Positions 36,796 through 46,991 of a stretch of 64,000 nucleotides of DNA are shown here, one piece after another (positions within the stretch are counted from its first letter, which is position 1; every line of letters starts with the position of its first letter). The position numbers and the translations under genes were made by a program. Where the stretch lies: positions 32,001 to 96,000 of the forward strand of contig CAVYTA010000007.1 in assembly GCA_963771355.1 (NCBI GenBank), written 5' to 3'. Source of the stretch: an uncultured Candidatus Rokubacteria bacterium. GTDB lineage: Bacteria; Methylomirabilota; Methylomirabilia; Rokubacteriales; CSP1-6. Under the pieces are notes generated by a model. The model had not been told where the DNA came from, searched no databases, and was given only the letters and a program-made list of their open reading frames with translations.

Positions 36796-37001
36796 TGCCA
36801 GGGCCTCCCCTCACAGATCGGGCAGGCCTCGACCTCGCGCTGACACAGGCACTGCGGGCAATACCAGGACTCGTTCACCGCGCGGAGCTCGCTTCCACAG
36901 GGCTCGCAGCGGGCTCGCTCACGCGGCGGCGTCTGGTGGAAGATGCAGTGGGCGATCATGTGGATGGCCCCTGCGTGCCGGACTTGCTCGAGCACCGCCA
37001 T
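36792..37001 (-). CDS. 69-aa Cys-rich zinc-ribbon protein
   Basis: SD AAGGGAG; CIFH, CEPC, CPQC, CPIC pairs. Confidence 0.65.
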   Translation of the reverse strand: MAVLEQVRHAGAIHMIAHCIFHQTPPRERARCEPCGSELRAVNESWYCPQCLCQREVEACPICEGRPWQ

Positions 37002-37021
37002 GACTGGTCTCCCTTACCCGC

Positions 37022-37282
37022 TCAGTCCGCCCCGGCGATGGCGAAGCGCGGGGACCAGGATCCAGGCGCGTGCACACCCATCTCCAGGCTGGGCAGCCGG
37101 CGAAGCGGAAGCGATACGTGCTCCTGGCAGTCGAGGCAGAAGAAGTCCACCGCGACACTGCCGCGCGTGCCGTGGAACTCGAGCGGCTGCCCGCAGCGGG
37201 CATGCGAGATGGTCCCGTCGGAACCCATGGAGGCGGCGGCCTCCTGCTTGAGGCTGCCCGTTTCCGTGGCGCAAGTCGTCAT
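37022..37282 (-). CDS. Small putative zinc-ribbon protein (HxxC...CxxC), paralog 2
   Basis: HARCGQPLEFHGTR...DFFCLDCQEHVSLP; purine-rich SD. Confidence 0.72.
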   Translation of the reverse strand: MTTCATETGSLKQEAAASMGSDGTISHARCGQPLEFHGTRGSVAVDFFCLDCQEHVSLPLRRLPSLEMGVHAPGSWSPRFAIAGAD

Positions 37283-37322
37283 GTCAGTGGCCCCCTCTCT
37301 CCTGTCCTTGGAACATTAGGGG

Positions 37323-37338
37323 AGCAAGATCCGTTCCA
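37323..37338 (-). promoter_or_regulatory. Sigma-54 (-24/-12) promoter
   Basis: Minus strand TGGAACGGATCTTGCT. Confidence 0.7.
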
Positions 37339-37492
37339 CCGGAGCGGCGGTGGACCTTTGTCGATCTATTCGATACTTGGCGAGGGGCGCCGGCCGGGGT
37401 GGGTGACGACCTTGGTAGAAGAGACTCCCTTTCCGACGATTCTTTGCAGGGTGGTCCTTTCGTCCTTCGCCCCGATCTGCTACAACCGGGCG

Positions 37493-38254
37493 ATGCGAAA
37501 GGCCATCTTCATCGCGGCGGGCCGCGGCCGGCGGCTGATGCCGCTGACCGAGGACGTGCCCAAGTGCTACGCGGAGATCGGTGGGCGCCGCATCCTGGAC
37601 TGGTGTGTCGCGGCGCTCCGGAGCGCCGGGCTCGACGACATCGTCTTCGTGGGCGGCTACCGAATCGAGCGGGTCCGCGCCGACTACCCCGGCTTTCGGT
37701 TCTGCGACAACGCGGCGTGGGAATCGAACAATATCCTGAGCTCGCTCTTCTGCGCCGAGCATGAGATGGCGGACGGCTTCGTCTCCTCGTATGCGGACAT
37801 CCTCTATACTCCCGCCGCGGTGCAACGCCTGCTGGCGAGCCCGGGCGACATCGCGCTGCTCGTGGATACCGACTGGCGCCGGCGCTATCAACCCCGCACC
37901 GAGCACCCCGAGACCGACGGGGAGAAGGTACGGCTGCGCGATGGCCACGTAGTGGAGGTCAACCGCGCCATTCCGCCCGCCGAGGCGCCCGCGGAGTTCA
38001 CCGGGGTGGCCAAGTTCACGCCGCTGGGCGCCCGGCTCCTCACCGAGCACTATCACCGGGCGCGCCGGCGGCACGACGGCGGCCCCTACCGGGGAGCGCC
38101 CACCTTCGAGAAGGCGTACCTGATCCATCTCCTCCAGGACATGCTGGAGGCCGGGGTCGTGATGCGCGCGGTGGAGACGCACGGTGGCTACTTCGAGATC
38201 GATACCACCCAGGACCATGGGCTCGCCGAGCGCGGCTGGAGCGCGTCGGCATGA
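37493..38254 (+). CDS. LicC/PntC-like nucleotidyltransferase
   Basis: IAAGRGRRL.PLT...PKC, SYADI, FEIDT..D. Confidence 0.85.
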   Translation: MRKAIFIAAGRGRRLMPLTEDVPKCYAEIGGRRILDWCVAALRSAGLDDIVFVGGYRIERVRADYPGFRFCDNAAWESNNILSSLFCAEHEMADGFVSSYADILYTPAAVQRLLASPGDIALLVDTDWRRRYQPRTEHPETDGEKVRLRDGHVVEVNRAIPPAEAPAEFTGVAKFTPLGARLLTEHYHRARRRHDGGPYRGAPTFEKAYLIHLLQDMLEAGVVMRAVETHGGYFEIDTTQDHGLAERGWSASA

Positions 38255-39309
38255 CCACCGCTCGGCTGCCGCGCTTCGCCGCCTCGGTGGTGGGCAGCAT
38301 GCCCCGCTCGCAGCTCGTCCGCGATCTCCTCGAGGAGCCGGAGGAAGCGCCCGACCGCGCGGCCGCCATGGATGCCGCGGTGGCCTATGTGCTTGCCCTT
38401 CAAGAGGCGGCCGGTCTGGACGTGGTTTCCGACGGTGAGTGGCGCCGGCGCTCGTACATCGGGGTGATCGCCGAGATCATGCACGGCTTCACGCGCGAGA
38501 CGCGTGACGGTCTTTCCTGGCATACGGTGGTGGCGCCCATGACGCCCCGCCGGCCCGGACTCCTCGGCGAGGAGGCGCGCTTCCTGGTAGCTCGGGCGCG
38601 ACGCGCCACCAAGGTGGCCCTGCCCTCACCCTATCTCCTCGGCCAGCGGATGTGGGATCCGGCGCGGTCGCGAGAGGCGTATCCCACCCGCGAGGCCTTC
38701 ATGTGCGCGCTGGTCCCCGTGCTGCGCGCCGAGCTCCTTGCCGTCCGCGCCGCGGGAGTGGCGGTGGCCCAGTTCGACGACCCGCACCTCTGTCTCCTCG
38801 CCGACCCGAGGGTGCGTGCCGAGCACGAGGATCCCGACGCGGAGGCGGCGCTGTGCGTGGATCTCCTCAACGAGATCACCGACGGGGTGGACGGGATCCA
38901 GACCGCGGTGCACCTGTGTCGTCGCAACAAGGGCCGGGGCGGGTGGATCGGGGAGGGCGGCTACGATCCCATCGTCCCCGCGCTGCGGCGGCTGCGCGTG
39001 GACCAGTACGTGCTCGAGTTCACCATTCCGGTGGCGGGCGACTTCGCCGTGCTGCGCCGGCTGCCCGACGACCGTCAGATCGGGCTGGGCTGCGTGGACT
39101 GCCGCGGCGCCCAGGTGGACGGGCCGGCCGCCATCGTGGGCCGTGTGGAAGAGGCCCTCCGGCACGTGGATGCCGCGCGCGTGTCGCTGAACCCCGACTG
39201 CGGCTTCGCGCCGGGCAGCGCGGCCGACATCCCCGTGGATGAGGCCTACGCCAAGCTCCGGAACGAGGCCCTCGCCGCGCGTATCCTCCGCGACCGTCAT
39301 CCCGGCTAG
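38251..39309 (+). CDS. Cobalamin-independent methionine synthase-like protein (single catalytic domain)
   Basis: VVGSMPR, SDGEWRR, HLCRRN, LE, NPDCGF zinc ligands. Confidence 0.85.
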   Translation: MTTARLPRFAASVVGSMPRSQLVRDLLEEPEEAPDRAAAMDAAVAYVLALQEAAGLDVVSDGEWRRRSYIGVIAEIMHGFTRETRDGLSWHTVVAPMTPRRPGLLGEEARFLVARARRATKVALPSPYLLGQRMWDPARSREAYPTREAFMCALVPVLRAELLAVRAAGVAVAQFDDPHLCLLADPRVRAEHEDPDAEAALCVDLLNEITDGVDGIQTAVHLCRRNKGRGGWIGEGGYDPIVPALRRLRVDQYVLEFTIPVAGDFAVLRRLPDDRQIGLGCVDCRGAQVDGPAAIVGRVEEALRHVDAARVSLNPDCGFAPGSAADIPVDEAYAKLRNEALAARILRDRHPG

Positions 39310-39328
39310 ACCGACCAGGAGAGGACGA

Positions 39329-40099
39329 ATGACCGACCACGCGCGTCTCACCGATTGTCCCGACGGCGGGTACCGGTTTCTTCCCGGTATCGAGCCCTAC
39401 TCGTCCGGCGTGGTCGCCATGCCGGGGCACGAGATCGTGCATGCGACCCTGCAGGCGGCGCTGCCCTATCGTGAGGGCTTCGCGCTGATCGAGCGCCACC
39501 TCGCCGGGATCGGGCGGGCGCGGGCGGCGCTGTGCGCTATCGAGCTGCGTATCCCGGCCCCGCTGTCCTTCGACGGGTTCGGCGCGTTCAACCGGGACTA
39601 CCGGGCCCTCCTCACTGACTGGAAGCTCCTCGTCGCGGGCGTCAATCCCATCGCGCGGACCAATGTGGCGCCGGTGGTGCGCCCGCCCACCGAGCCCGTG
39701 CTCCACGCGTTCTCCTACACCCGTCGCGGCGACCGCCCGGGGACGCCGACCTTCGTCAACGCGGGCTCGGGCGAGCTGCGCAAGGGCGCGATGTCCGCCG
39801 AGGGAATTGTCCGGCGCGGCGAGACCTCACCCGCGGCGATGGCCGAGAAGGCGGCGCACGTGATGGGCGAGCAGGCGGCGCGGCTGGCCGGGCTCGGCGT
39901 CGACTGGTCCGACGTCACCGCGGTGGACGTCTACTGCCCGCACCCGCTCCACGGCTTTCTCGCCGCAGGCGTTCTCGGCCCGATGGGGCCCGCGGCCGCT
40001 CACGGCGTCCACTGGTTCCTCAGCCATCCGCCCATCGCGGGCCTCGAGTACGAGATGGACATGCGGGGCGTCCGCGACGAGATCCGGATCAACCGCTGA
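39329..40099 (+). CDS. RidA/CnbZ-like deaminase-fold protein
   Basis: GGYRFLPG..PYSSGV, LCAIELR, NPIARTNV, PPI.GLEYEMDMRG. Confidence 0.65.
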   Translation: MTDHARLTDCPDGGYRFLPGIEPYSSGVVAMPGHEIVHATLQAALPYREGFALIERHLAGIGRARAALCAIELRIPAPLSFDGFGAFNRDYRALLTDWKLLVAGVNPIARTNVAPVVRPPTEPVLHAFSYTRRGDRPGTPTFVNAGSGELRKGAMSAEGIVRRGETSPAAMAEKAAHVMGEQAARLAGLGVDWSDVTAVDVYCPHPLHGFLAAGVLGPMGPAAAHGVHWFLSHPPIAGLEYEMDMRGVRDEIRINR

Positions 40100-40187
40100 C
40101 CATGCTCGAGACCGGGAACATCCTCGAGCACCGGACGGGCTGCCGCCCATCGCGGACAAGGCGCCGAACGCGAACGGGATGCTCTAG

Positions 40188-41003
40188 CTAGGGGCGGTAA
40201 AAGGGCTTGTCGCCGCTGATGGTTACGCGATGTCCGTGGCGGCGCTGAGGAAAGTAGTCCCACATGGCGTGATGCTGGACGCAGCGGTTGTCCCAGAAGG
40301 CGATGGACCGGGGCTGCCAGCGGAAGCGGCACTGGTACTCCGGCGTCTCGATGTGACGGTACAGCATCTCCAGCACCGCGGCGCTCTCGTCCCGCTTGAG
40401 CTGGACGAGGCGTGTGGTGAAGCCGCGGTTCACGAAGAGCGCGGGCCGTCCGGAGACGGGATGGGTGCGGATGACCGGATGCTCCGCCTCCGGGTACACC
40501 CGGTTGCGATCGTCCACGCCGTAGGTGCCGCGATAGACGTGCTCGCCGCGGTGAAGGGCGGTCATCCCTTCCAGCATGCGCTTGAGCGGCTCCGACAGAC
40601 CGTCATAGGCCGCGTACATGCTGGCAAAGAGCGTATCGCCGCCCACCGGCGGCAGCTCGTGCATGTAGAGAATGCTCCCCATCGGGGGCTCGGCATCGCA
40701 GGACACGTCGGAGTGCCAGTTTTCGCCGGCCACCCGCTTGGACTTCTCGTCGGCGTGGATGACGAGGATCTCGGGGTGTCCTTCGACGAGGCCCGGGGCC
40801 GCGGGGTGGATGGCCAGCTCGCCGAAGCGCCGGCCGAAGGCCTTGTGCTGCTCGACGGTGAGCTGCTGATCGCGGAAGAAGATCACGCAGTTCTCGATGA
40901 GGGCGTCGTGGACGGTCTTGAAGGTGTCCTCGGATAGCGGCTGAGCGAGGTCCACACCCAGCACCTCGGCTCCGATATGCGGCGTCAGCTTCCGGATCTC
41001 CAT
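40188..41003 (-). CDS. TauD/TfdA-family Fe(II)/2-oxoglutarate dioxygenase
   Basis: WHSDVS, GGDTLF, HPVIRTHP, WDNRCVQH. Confidence 0.92.
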   Translation of the reverse strand: MEIRKLTPHIGAEVLGVDLAQPLSEDTFKTVHDALIENCVIFFRDQQLTVEQHKAFGRRFGELAIHPAAPGLVEGHPEILVIHADEKSKRVAGENWHSDVSCDAEPPMGSILYMHELPPVGGDTLFASMYAAYDGLSEPLKRMLEGMTALHRGEHVYRGTYGVDDRNRVYPEAEHPVIRTHPVSGRPALFVNRGFTTRLVQLKRDESAAVLEMLYRHIETPEYQCRFRWQPRSIAFWDNRCVQHHAMWDYFPQRRHGHRVTISGDKPFYRP

Positions 41004-41214
41004 CGATCGCTCCTCCTTGGCTCTCTGGTCCCCGGCGCCCCTCGTCCTGCCGAGCGGGCGCCATCGGGGGCGATGGTAGTCGCCGGCGCCCCGTTCTTCA
41101 AGTGCGTGCCGAACTTCGTCCTTGACCGCGTCGGCCCACCAGTGTATCCGAGGGCAGTGCCGGAGACTCGCCGGGGACGGCGGGGATGTTCCCGGATCCC
41201 AAGGGAGGTTCACC

Positions 41215-42816
41215 ATGGCAGTGGGAACGAAGCGAAAGGTCTCCCGGCCGGCGGCCGGGTCGGCGACCGACACGGCGGGCAAGAAGGGCACCCGGCCCTA
41301 TACCGGAAAGGAATTCCTCGCCAGCCTCGACGATGACCGCGAGGTCTGGATCTACGGGGAGCGCGTCAAGAACATAACCACGCATCCCGCCTTCCAGAAC
41401 ACCGCCCGGATGCTCGCCCGGCTCTACGATGCCCTGCACGAGGACCACCGGAGTGGGAAGAACGTCCTCACCATGCCCACCGAGTGGGGCGGCTTCACGC
41501 ATCGCTACTTCCGGGCGCCCACCAATGTGGACGAGCAGGTGGCTGGGCGGGATGCCATCGCGGCCTGGGCGCGTCTCACCTATGGCTGGCTCGGGCGCTC
41601 CCCCGACTACAAGGCGGCCTTCCTCGGCACTCTCGGCGCCAACTCGGACTTCTACGCGCCCTACCAGGCCAACGCGAAGCGCTGGTATCGCTACTCCCAG
41701 GAGCGCGTGCCCTTCATCAACCACGCCATCATCCATCCCCCGGTGGATCGCAACATTGCGCCAGGTGCGCCGGGTGGCGCCACCGACGTGTTCGCGCGGG
41801 TGGTGAAGGAGACGGACGCGGGCCTCTACGTGACGGGCGCCAAGGTGGTCGCCACCGGCTCCGCGCTCACGCACTTCACCTTCGTGGCGCATCACGGGCT
41901 CATTCCCGTCCAGGGCAAGAACTTCGCCGTCGTGTTCATGGTGCCGACCAACGCGAAAGGCGTGAAGCTCATCTGCCGTGTGTCCAACGAGATGCGGGCG
42001 GCCATGCTGGGCAGCCCCTTCGACTATCCGCTCTCCAGCCGGCTGGACGAGAACGACGCCATCTTCGTCATGGACAAGGTCTTCGTGCCCTGGGAGGACG
42101 TGTTCGTCTACGGCGACGTGGAGAAGGCTAACAACTTCTTCCCGCGCACGGGCTTTCTCCCGCGTGCCCTCATTCACGGCTGCACCCGACTCGCGGTGAA
42201 GCTCGACTTCATCACCGGCCTCCTCATCAAGGCCACCGAGATCACGGGGGCGCGGTCGTTCCGCGGGGTCGAGGCGAATATCGGCGAGGTGATCGCCTGG
42301 CGCAACATGATCTGGGGCCTCTCCGACGCCATGGCCAAGACCGCGGATCCGTGGACGGGGGGCTGCATCCTGCCCGGCATGGAGCCGGCGGCCGCTTACC
42401 AGGTCCTCGCCCCCGAAGCCTACGTGCAGGTCAAGAACCTCATCGAGAAGACGGTGGCGAGCGGGCTCATCTACCTGAACTCGCACGCGCGCGACTTCGC
42501 CGCGCCCGAGATGCGGAAGTATCTCGACCTCTACCTGCGCGGGTCGGGCGGGGTGGACGCGGTGGGCCGCGTCAAGCTGATGAAGCTCCTGTGGGACGCG
42601 GTGGGCACGGAGTTCGGCGGCCGGCACGAGCTGTACGAGATCAACTACTCCGGCAGCCACGAGGAGATCCGCCGTTACGCGCTGTTCGGCGCCCTGGCTT
42701 CCGGCCAGTACGACCGCTGGAAGCAGTTCGCGGAAACGTGCATGGCGGAGTACGACCTCGATGGCTGGAAGGCCAAGGACCTTGTCGACACCAGCAAGAT
42801 CTCTGCCCTCCCCTGA
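41215..42816 (+). CDS. 4-hydroxyphenylacetate 3-hydroxylase-family oxygenase component
   Basis: [38 protein letters not shown]. Confidence 0.9.
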   Translation: MAVGTKRKVSRPAAGSATDTAGKKGTRPYTGKEFLASLDDDREVWIYGERVKNITTHPAFQNTARMLARLYDALHEDHRSGKNVLTMPTEWGGFTHRYFRAPTNVDEQVAGRDAIAAWARLTYGWLGRSPDYKAAFLGTLGANSDFYAPYQANAKRWYRYSQERVPFINHAIIHPPVDRNIAPGAPGGATDVFARVVKETDAGLYVTGAKVVATGSALTHFTFVAHHGLIPVQGKNFAVVFMVPTNAKGVKLICRVSNEMRAAMLGSPFDYPLSSRLDENDAIFVMDKVFVPWEDVFVYGDVEKANNFFPRTGFLPRALIHGCTRLAVKLDFITGLLIKATEITGARSFRGVEANIGEVIAWRNMIWGLSDAMAKTADPWTGGCILPGMEPAAAYQVLAPEAYVQVKNLIEKTVASGLIYLNSHARDFAAPEMRKYLDLYLRGSGGVDAVGRVKLMKLLWDAVGTEFGGRHELYEINYSGSHEEIRRYALFGALASGQYDRWKQFAETCMAEYDLDGWKAKDLVDTSKISALP

Positions 42817-43333
42817 GTTCGACGAGCGGACGTTCCGGAGCGCGCTGGGCCGCTTCCCCACCGGCGTCATCGTGCTCACGGTGGGACCGCAGCGCAACCC
42901 GCATGCCATGACCGCCAATGCCTTCATGTCCGGCTCGCTGGCGCCCCCTCTGGTGGTGGTGTCGGTGGGACTCAAGGCGCGCATGCACGAGCGGATCGTG
43001 CGCGCCCGGCGTTTTGGCGTCAGCATCCTCGAGACCGAGCAGGAGACCGAGAGCCGCCATTTTGCCGGCCAGCCCGTGGCGCGCTTCGCGCCCCGCTTCG
43101 CCGCCCTGGGAGGCGTGCCGGTCCTCGCGCGCGCGGCGGTGGCGCTGTCGGCGCGGGTCGCGCATCGTTACACCTGCGGCGACCACACCCTCGTGGTGGG
43201 CGAGGTGGAGCGCCTCGAAGTCGACAACTTTCCTTCGCCGCCGCTCGTGTTCTACAACGGCCGTTATCGCGAGCTGCTGCCCGTCGTGGACGCACCGGGG
43301 CGAAGCCCCGAGATTTTTCCGTCTTTCTTCTGA
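42761..43333 (+). CDS. Flavin reductase (HpaC-like); start uncertain
   Basis: [35 protein letters not shown]. Confidence 0.88.
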   Translation: MAGRPRTLSTPARSLPSPEFDERTFRSALGRFPTGVIVLTVGPQRNPHAMTANAFMSGSLAPPLVVVSVGLKARMHERIVRARRFGVSILETEQETESRHFAGQPVARFAPRFAALGGVPVLARAAVALSARVAHRYTCGDHTLVVGEVERLEVDNFPSPPLVFYNGRYRELLPVVDAPGRSPEIFPSFF

Positions 43334-43353
43334 GCGGAACGAGGAGGTTCCCC

Positions 43354-44661
43354 ATGGCCGGTCGTGAGCACCCGATGAGCTGGTCCACGCGTCTGCCTCG
43401 CCGGAACGTGCTAGCCGTCGGCGCCGCCGCGGCCACCGCCGGGGTCGGCGCGGCGCTGCATCTCCCCGCCTTCGCCCAGGGGCCGCGGCGCATCAAGATC
43501 GGCTATGTCTCGCCGCAAACCGGTCCCCTGGCCGCCTTCGGCGAGGCGGACAAGTTCGTCATCGGCGAGGTGCAGAAGCTGCTCAAGGACGGGCTCGCCA
43601 TCGGCGGGCGCAAGTATCCGGTGCAGGTGGTGGTGCGGGACAGCCAATCGAATCCGAACCGCGCCGGTGAGGTGGCCGCCGATCTGATCCTGAAGGAGAA
43701 GGTCGACATCATGGCCGTCGGCAATACGCCGGAGACGGCCAACCCGGTGTCGGACCAGTGCGAGCTGAACGAGGTGCCCTGCGTGTCGAGCCTCTGCCCG
43801 TGGCAGCCGTGGTTCTTCGGCCGCAAGGGCGATCCCGCCAAGGGCTTCACCTGGACCTATCACTTCTTCTGGGGGCTCGAGGACATCATCGCGGTGTTCC
43901 TCAATTTGTGGAACTCCGTCCCCTCCAACAAGGTGGTGGGCGGGCTCTTTCCCAATGACGGGGACGGCAATGCCTGGGGCGATCCGCAGCGCGGTCTTCC
44001 GCCGGCGCTGGCCAAGGACGGCTACAAGCTCGTCGATCCGGGCCGCTTCCAGAACCTCAACCAGGACTTCAGCGCCCAGATCGCCGCCTTCAAGAAAGAG
44101 AATGTCGAGATCGTCACCGGCGTGGTGATCCCGCCCGACATGAAGACCTTCTGGACCCAGGCGCGCCAGCAGGGGTTCCGGCCCAAGGTCGCGACGGTGG
44201 GCAAGGCGCTGCTCTTCCCCGCCGCCATCGAGGCCCTGGGCGAGCTGGGCGACGGCATGTCCACCGAGGTGTGGTGGACGCCCGGCCATCCCTTCAAATC
44301 CTCGCTTACCGGGCAGACCGCTGCCCAGCTCGCGGCCGCCTACGAGGGAGCGACCAAGAAGCAGTGGACCCAGCCCATCGGCTTCGTCCACGCGCTGTTT
44401 GAGGTGGCCATCGACACCCTCAAGCGCGCCAAGGAGCCCGGGGACAAGGCCGCCATCCGCGACGCGCTCGTCGCCACCGACTTGCGCACCATCGTGGGGC
44501 CGGTGGCGTGGGGCAAGGGACCGGTCAAGAACGTGACCCGGACGCCGCTGGTCGGGGGGCAGTGGGTGCGTGGCAAGAAGCACAAGTACGAGCTGGTGGT
44601 GGTCGACAACCGCACCGCCCCCGAGGTGCCCACCGGCGGCAAGCTGAAGCCGCTCGGCTGA
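43354..44661 (+). CDS. Branched-chain amino acid-type ABC substrate-binding protein (Tat signal)
   Basis: RRNVL twin-arginine signal; IKIGYVSPQTGPLA.FG. Confidence 0.88.
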   Translation: MAGREHPMSWSTRLPRRNVLAVGAAAATAGVGAALHLPAFAQGPRRIKIGYVSPQTGPLAAFGEADKFVIGEVQKLLKDGLAIGGRKYPVQVVVRDSQSNPNRAGEVAADLILKEKVDIMAVGNTPETANPVSDQCELNEVPCVSSLCPWQPWFFGRKGDPAKGFTWTYHFFWGLEDIIAVFLNLWNSVPSNKVVGGLFPNDGDGNAWGDPQRGLPPALAKDGYKLVDPGRFQNLNQDFSAQIAAFKKENVEIVTGVVIPPDMKTFWTQARQQGFRPKVATVGKALLFPAAIEALGELGDGMSTEVWWTPGHPFKSSLTGQTAAQLAAAYEGATKKQWTQPIGFVHALFEVAIDTLKRAKEPGDKAAIRDALVATDLRTIVGPVAWGKGPVKNVTRTPLVGGQWVRGKKHKYELVVVDNRTAPEVPTGGKLKPLG

Positions 44662-44695
44662 TCGGCCGCTCCCGGCGCGACCGGCGCTTGTCCCG

Positions 44696-45418
44696 GTGAC
44701 GGAAGTCCTGGCGCTCGAGCGGGTCTCCAAGGCGTTCGGCGCCGTCCGCGCCGCGGACGGCGTCTCCCTCACCGTGGGGGCCCGCGAGGTGCTGGGCATC
44801 ATCGGCCCCAACGGCGCGGGCAAGACCACCGTCTTCAACCTGATCGGCGGCGACGTGCGTGTGGACTCGGGCACCATTCGCTTCCAGGGCGCGGACATCA
44901 CACGGCTCGCCCCGCATGAGCGCTGCCGCCGCGGCATCGGCCGCTCGTATCAGATCCCGCATCCCTTCGGCGGTATGACGGTCTACGAGAACCTGCTCGT
45001 GGCCGCCTGCTTCGGCGGCGACCGGACCGAGCGCGCCGCCGCGCCGGGCTGCCGCGAAATCCTCGAGAGCACCGGGCTCGAAGCCAAGGCGAACCGGGTG
45101 GCCGGCTCGCTCGGGCTCCTCGACCGCAAGCGGCTCGAGCTGGGCCGCGCCCTGGCCACCGGCCCCGCGCTGCTTCTCCTCGACGAGATCGCGGGCGGGC
45201 TCACCGAGGCCGAGTCGGCCGAGCTGGTGGCCCTCATCCGGCAGATCAAGGCGCGCGGCGTGGCCATGATCTGGATCGAGCACGTGGTGCATGCCCTCCT
45301 CGCGGTCGCGGACCGGCTGCTGGTGATGAACTCGGGCGCAACGCTTGCCGAGGGCGATCCGGCCGAGGTGATGGCCGATCGGGAAGTGCGGCGGATCTAT
45401 CTGGGCATCGAGGCATGA
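44696..45418 (+). CDS. ABC ATPase, LivG-like
   Basis: GPNGAGKTT, LLLDE, IEH. Confidence 0.9.
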   Translation: MTEVLALERVSKAFGAVRAADGVSLTVGAREVLGIIGPNGAGKTTVFNLIGGDVRVDSGTIRFQGADITRLAPHERCRRGIGRSYQIPHPFGGMTVYENLLVAACFGGDRTERAAAPGCREILESTGLEAKANRVAGSLGLLDRKRLELGRALATGPALLLLDEIAGGLTEAESAELVALIRQIKARGVAMIWIEHVVHALLAVADRLLVMNSGATLAEGDPAEVMADREVRRIYLGIEA

Positions 45419-46116
45419 GCCGGCTTCTCGCCACCACGGGGCTCTCCGCCTTCTACGGCGACTTCCAGGCGCTGTTCGGGATCGACTTCGAGGTCGGACC
45501 GGGCGAGGTGGTGGCCATCATCGGCGCCAACGGCGCCGGCAAATCGACGTTTCTGCGAGCCATCTGCGGGTTGCTGCCCGTCGACCCCGGGCAGGTGCGC
45601 CTGGATGGCGAGCCAATCGGCGGGCTGCCCGCGCATCGCGTTGCCGCGCGAGGCCTGGCCATGGTGCCCGAGGGCCGGCGTCTCTTCGGAAGCCTCAGCG
45701 TGGAGGAGAATCTGCTCGCGGGCGCCTATCTCCGCCGCGCCGGCCCCTGGAACCTGGCCCGCGTCTACGAGCTCTTCCCCGTGCTCAGCCAGAAGCGGCG
45801 GGCCTACCCGCGCACGCTATCGGGCGGCGAGCAACAGATGACGGCCATCGGCCGGGCGCTGATGGCCAACCCGCGACTCCTCATCTGCGACGAGCTCTCG
45901 CTGGGGCTGGCCCCCGTGGTGGTGAAGAGCCTCTACGAAGCGCTGGGGCGGGTGGTGCGGGAGGGAGTGACCGCCATCATCGTGGAGCAGGACGTGGCGC
46001 TGGCGCAGGGCATGTCCTCCAGCCTCTATTGCTTCCAGGAGGGCCGAGTCTCGCTGCGCGGCGCCTCCGCCGAGGTCACGCGCGCCGAGATCACCCGTGC
46101 CTATTTCGGCATCTGA
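45415..46116 (+). CDS. ABC ATPase, LivF-like
   Basis: GANGAGKST, VPEGRRLF, LSGGEQQM. Confidence 0.9.
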   Translation: MSRLLATTGLSAFYGDFQALFGIDFEVGPGEVVAIIGANGAGKSTFLRAICGLLPVDPGQVRLDGEPIGGLPAHRVAARGLAMVPEGRRLFGSLSVEENLLAGAYLRRAGPWNLARVYELFPVLSQKRRAYPRTLSGGEQQMTAIGRALMANPRLLICDELSLGLAPVVVKSLYEALGRVVREGVTAIIVEQDVALAQGMSSSLYCFQEGRVSLRGASAEVTRAEITRAYFGI

Positions 46117-46987
46117 CCTGATCGGCGGGCTCGACACTCTCATCCAGGGCGTGCTGCTGGGCGGCCTCTACGCGCTGTTTGCCATGGGGCTGTCGCTGGC
46201 CTTCGGGGTCATGCGGCTGGTGAATATCGCCCACGGCGATCTCATCGTGCTCTCGGCCTTCGTCGGCGTCGCGCTGGTGCAGGGCACCGGGTGGAGCCCC
46301 TTTGTCGCATTCGCCGTCGTGGTGCCCGCGATGGCGGCGCTGGGCTATGTGCTCCAGCGCGCGCTCCTCAATCGCACGCTCGGCGGCGATATCCTTCCCC
46401 CGCTGCTCGTGACCTTCGGCCTCTCGATCGTCATCCAGAACCTCCTGCTGGAGATCTTCTCGGCGGATTCGCGCTCGCTCCGCGCGGCGGGATTCGAGAC
46501 CGCGAGCATCCAGCTCGGCGGTGGCATCGCGGTGGGCTGGCTGCCGCTCAGCGTGCTCCTCGCCGCCGTCGCCGTGACCGCGGGGCTGGAGCTTCTCTTC
46601 GGCCGCACCCGCCTCGGTCGCGCTTTTCGCGCCACCTCGGACGACCTGATCACCGCGCAGCTCATGGGCATCGGCCACCGGCACGTGTATGCCCTGGCCG
46701 CCGCGGTCGCGATGGCCCTGGTGGCGGTGGCCGGCATCTTCCTCGCGTTCCGCACCACGGTGGCCCCCAGCGACGGGCCCGGTTATCTCCTCTACGCCTT
46801 CGAGGCGGTGATCATCGGTGGCATGGGCTCGTTCTGGGGCACCTTCGGCGGCGGCGTCATCCTCGGGGTGGCGCAGGCGGTGGGATTCCGCTTCGATCCG
46901 GGCTGGGGCATCCTCGTCGGTCACCTGGCCTGCCTGGCCGTGCTCCTCACGCGTCCCCAGGGCCTCTTCCCGCGCACGCGGGACTGA
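46097..46987 (+). CDS. ABC permease, LivH-like (start uncertain, possibly CTG at 46118)
   Basis: GGLYAL.A.GLSL.FGV...VNIAHG, IIGGMGS. Confidence 0.88.
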   Translation: MPISASDLIGGLDTLIQGVLLGGLYALFAMGLSLAFGVMRLVNIAHGDLIVLSAFVGVALVQGTGWSPFVAFAVVVPAMAALGYVLQRALLNRTLGGDILPPLLVTFGLSIVIQNLLLEIFSADSRSLRAAGFETASIQLGGGIAVGWLPLSVLLAAVAVTAGLELLFGRTRLGRAFRATSDDLITAQLMGIGHRHVYALAAAVAMALVAVAGIFLAFRTTVAPSDGPGYLLYAFEAVIIGGMGSFWGTFGGGVILGVAQAVGFRFDPGWGILVGHLACLAVLLTRPQGLFPRTRD

Positions 46988-46991
46988 TCCC

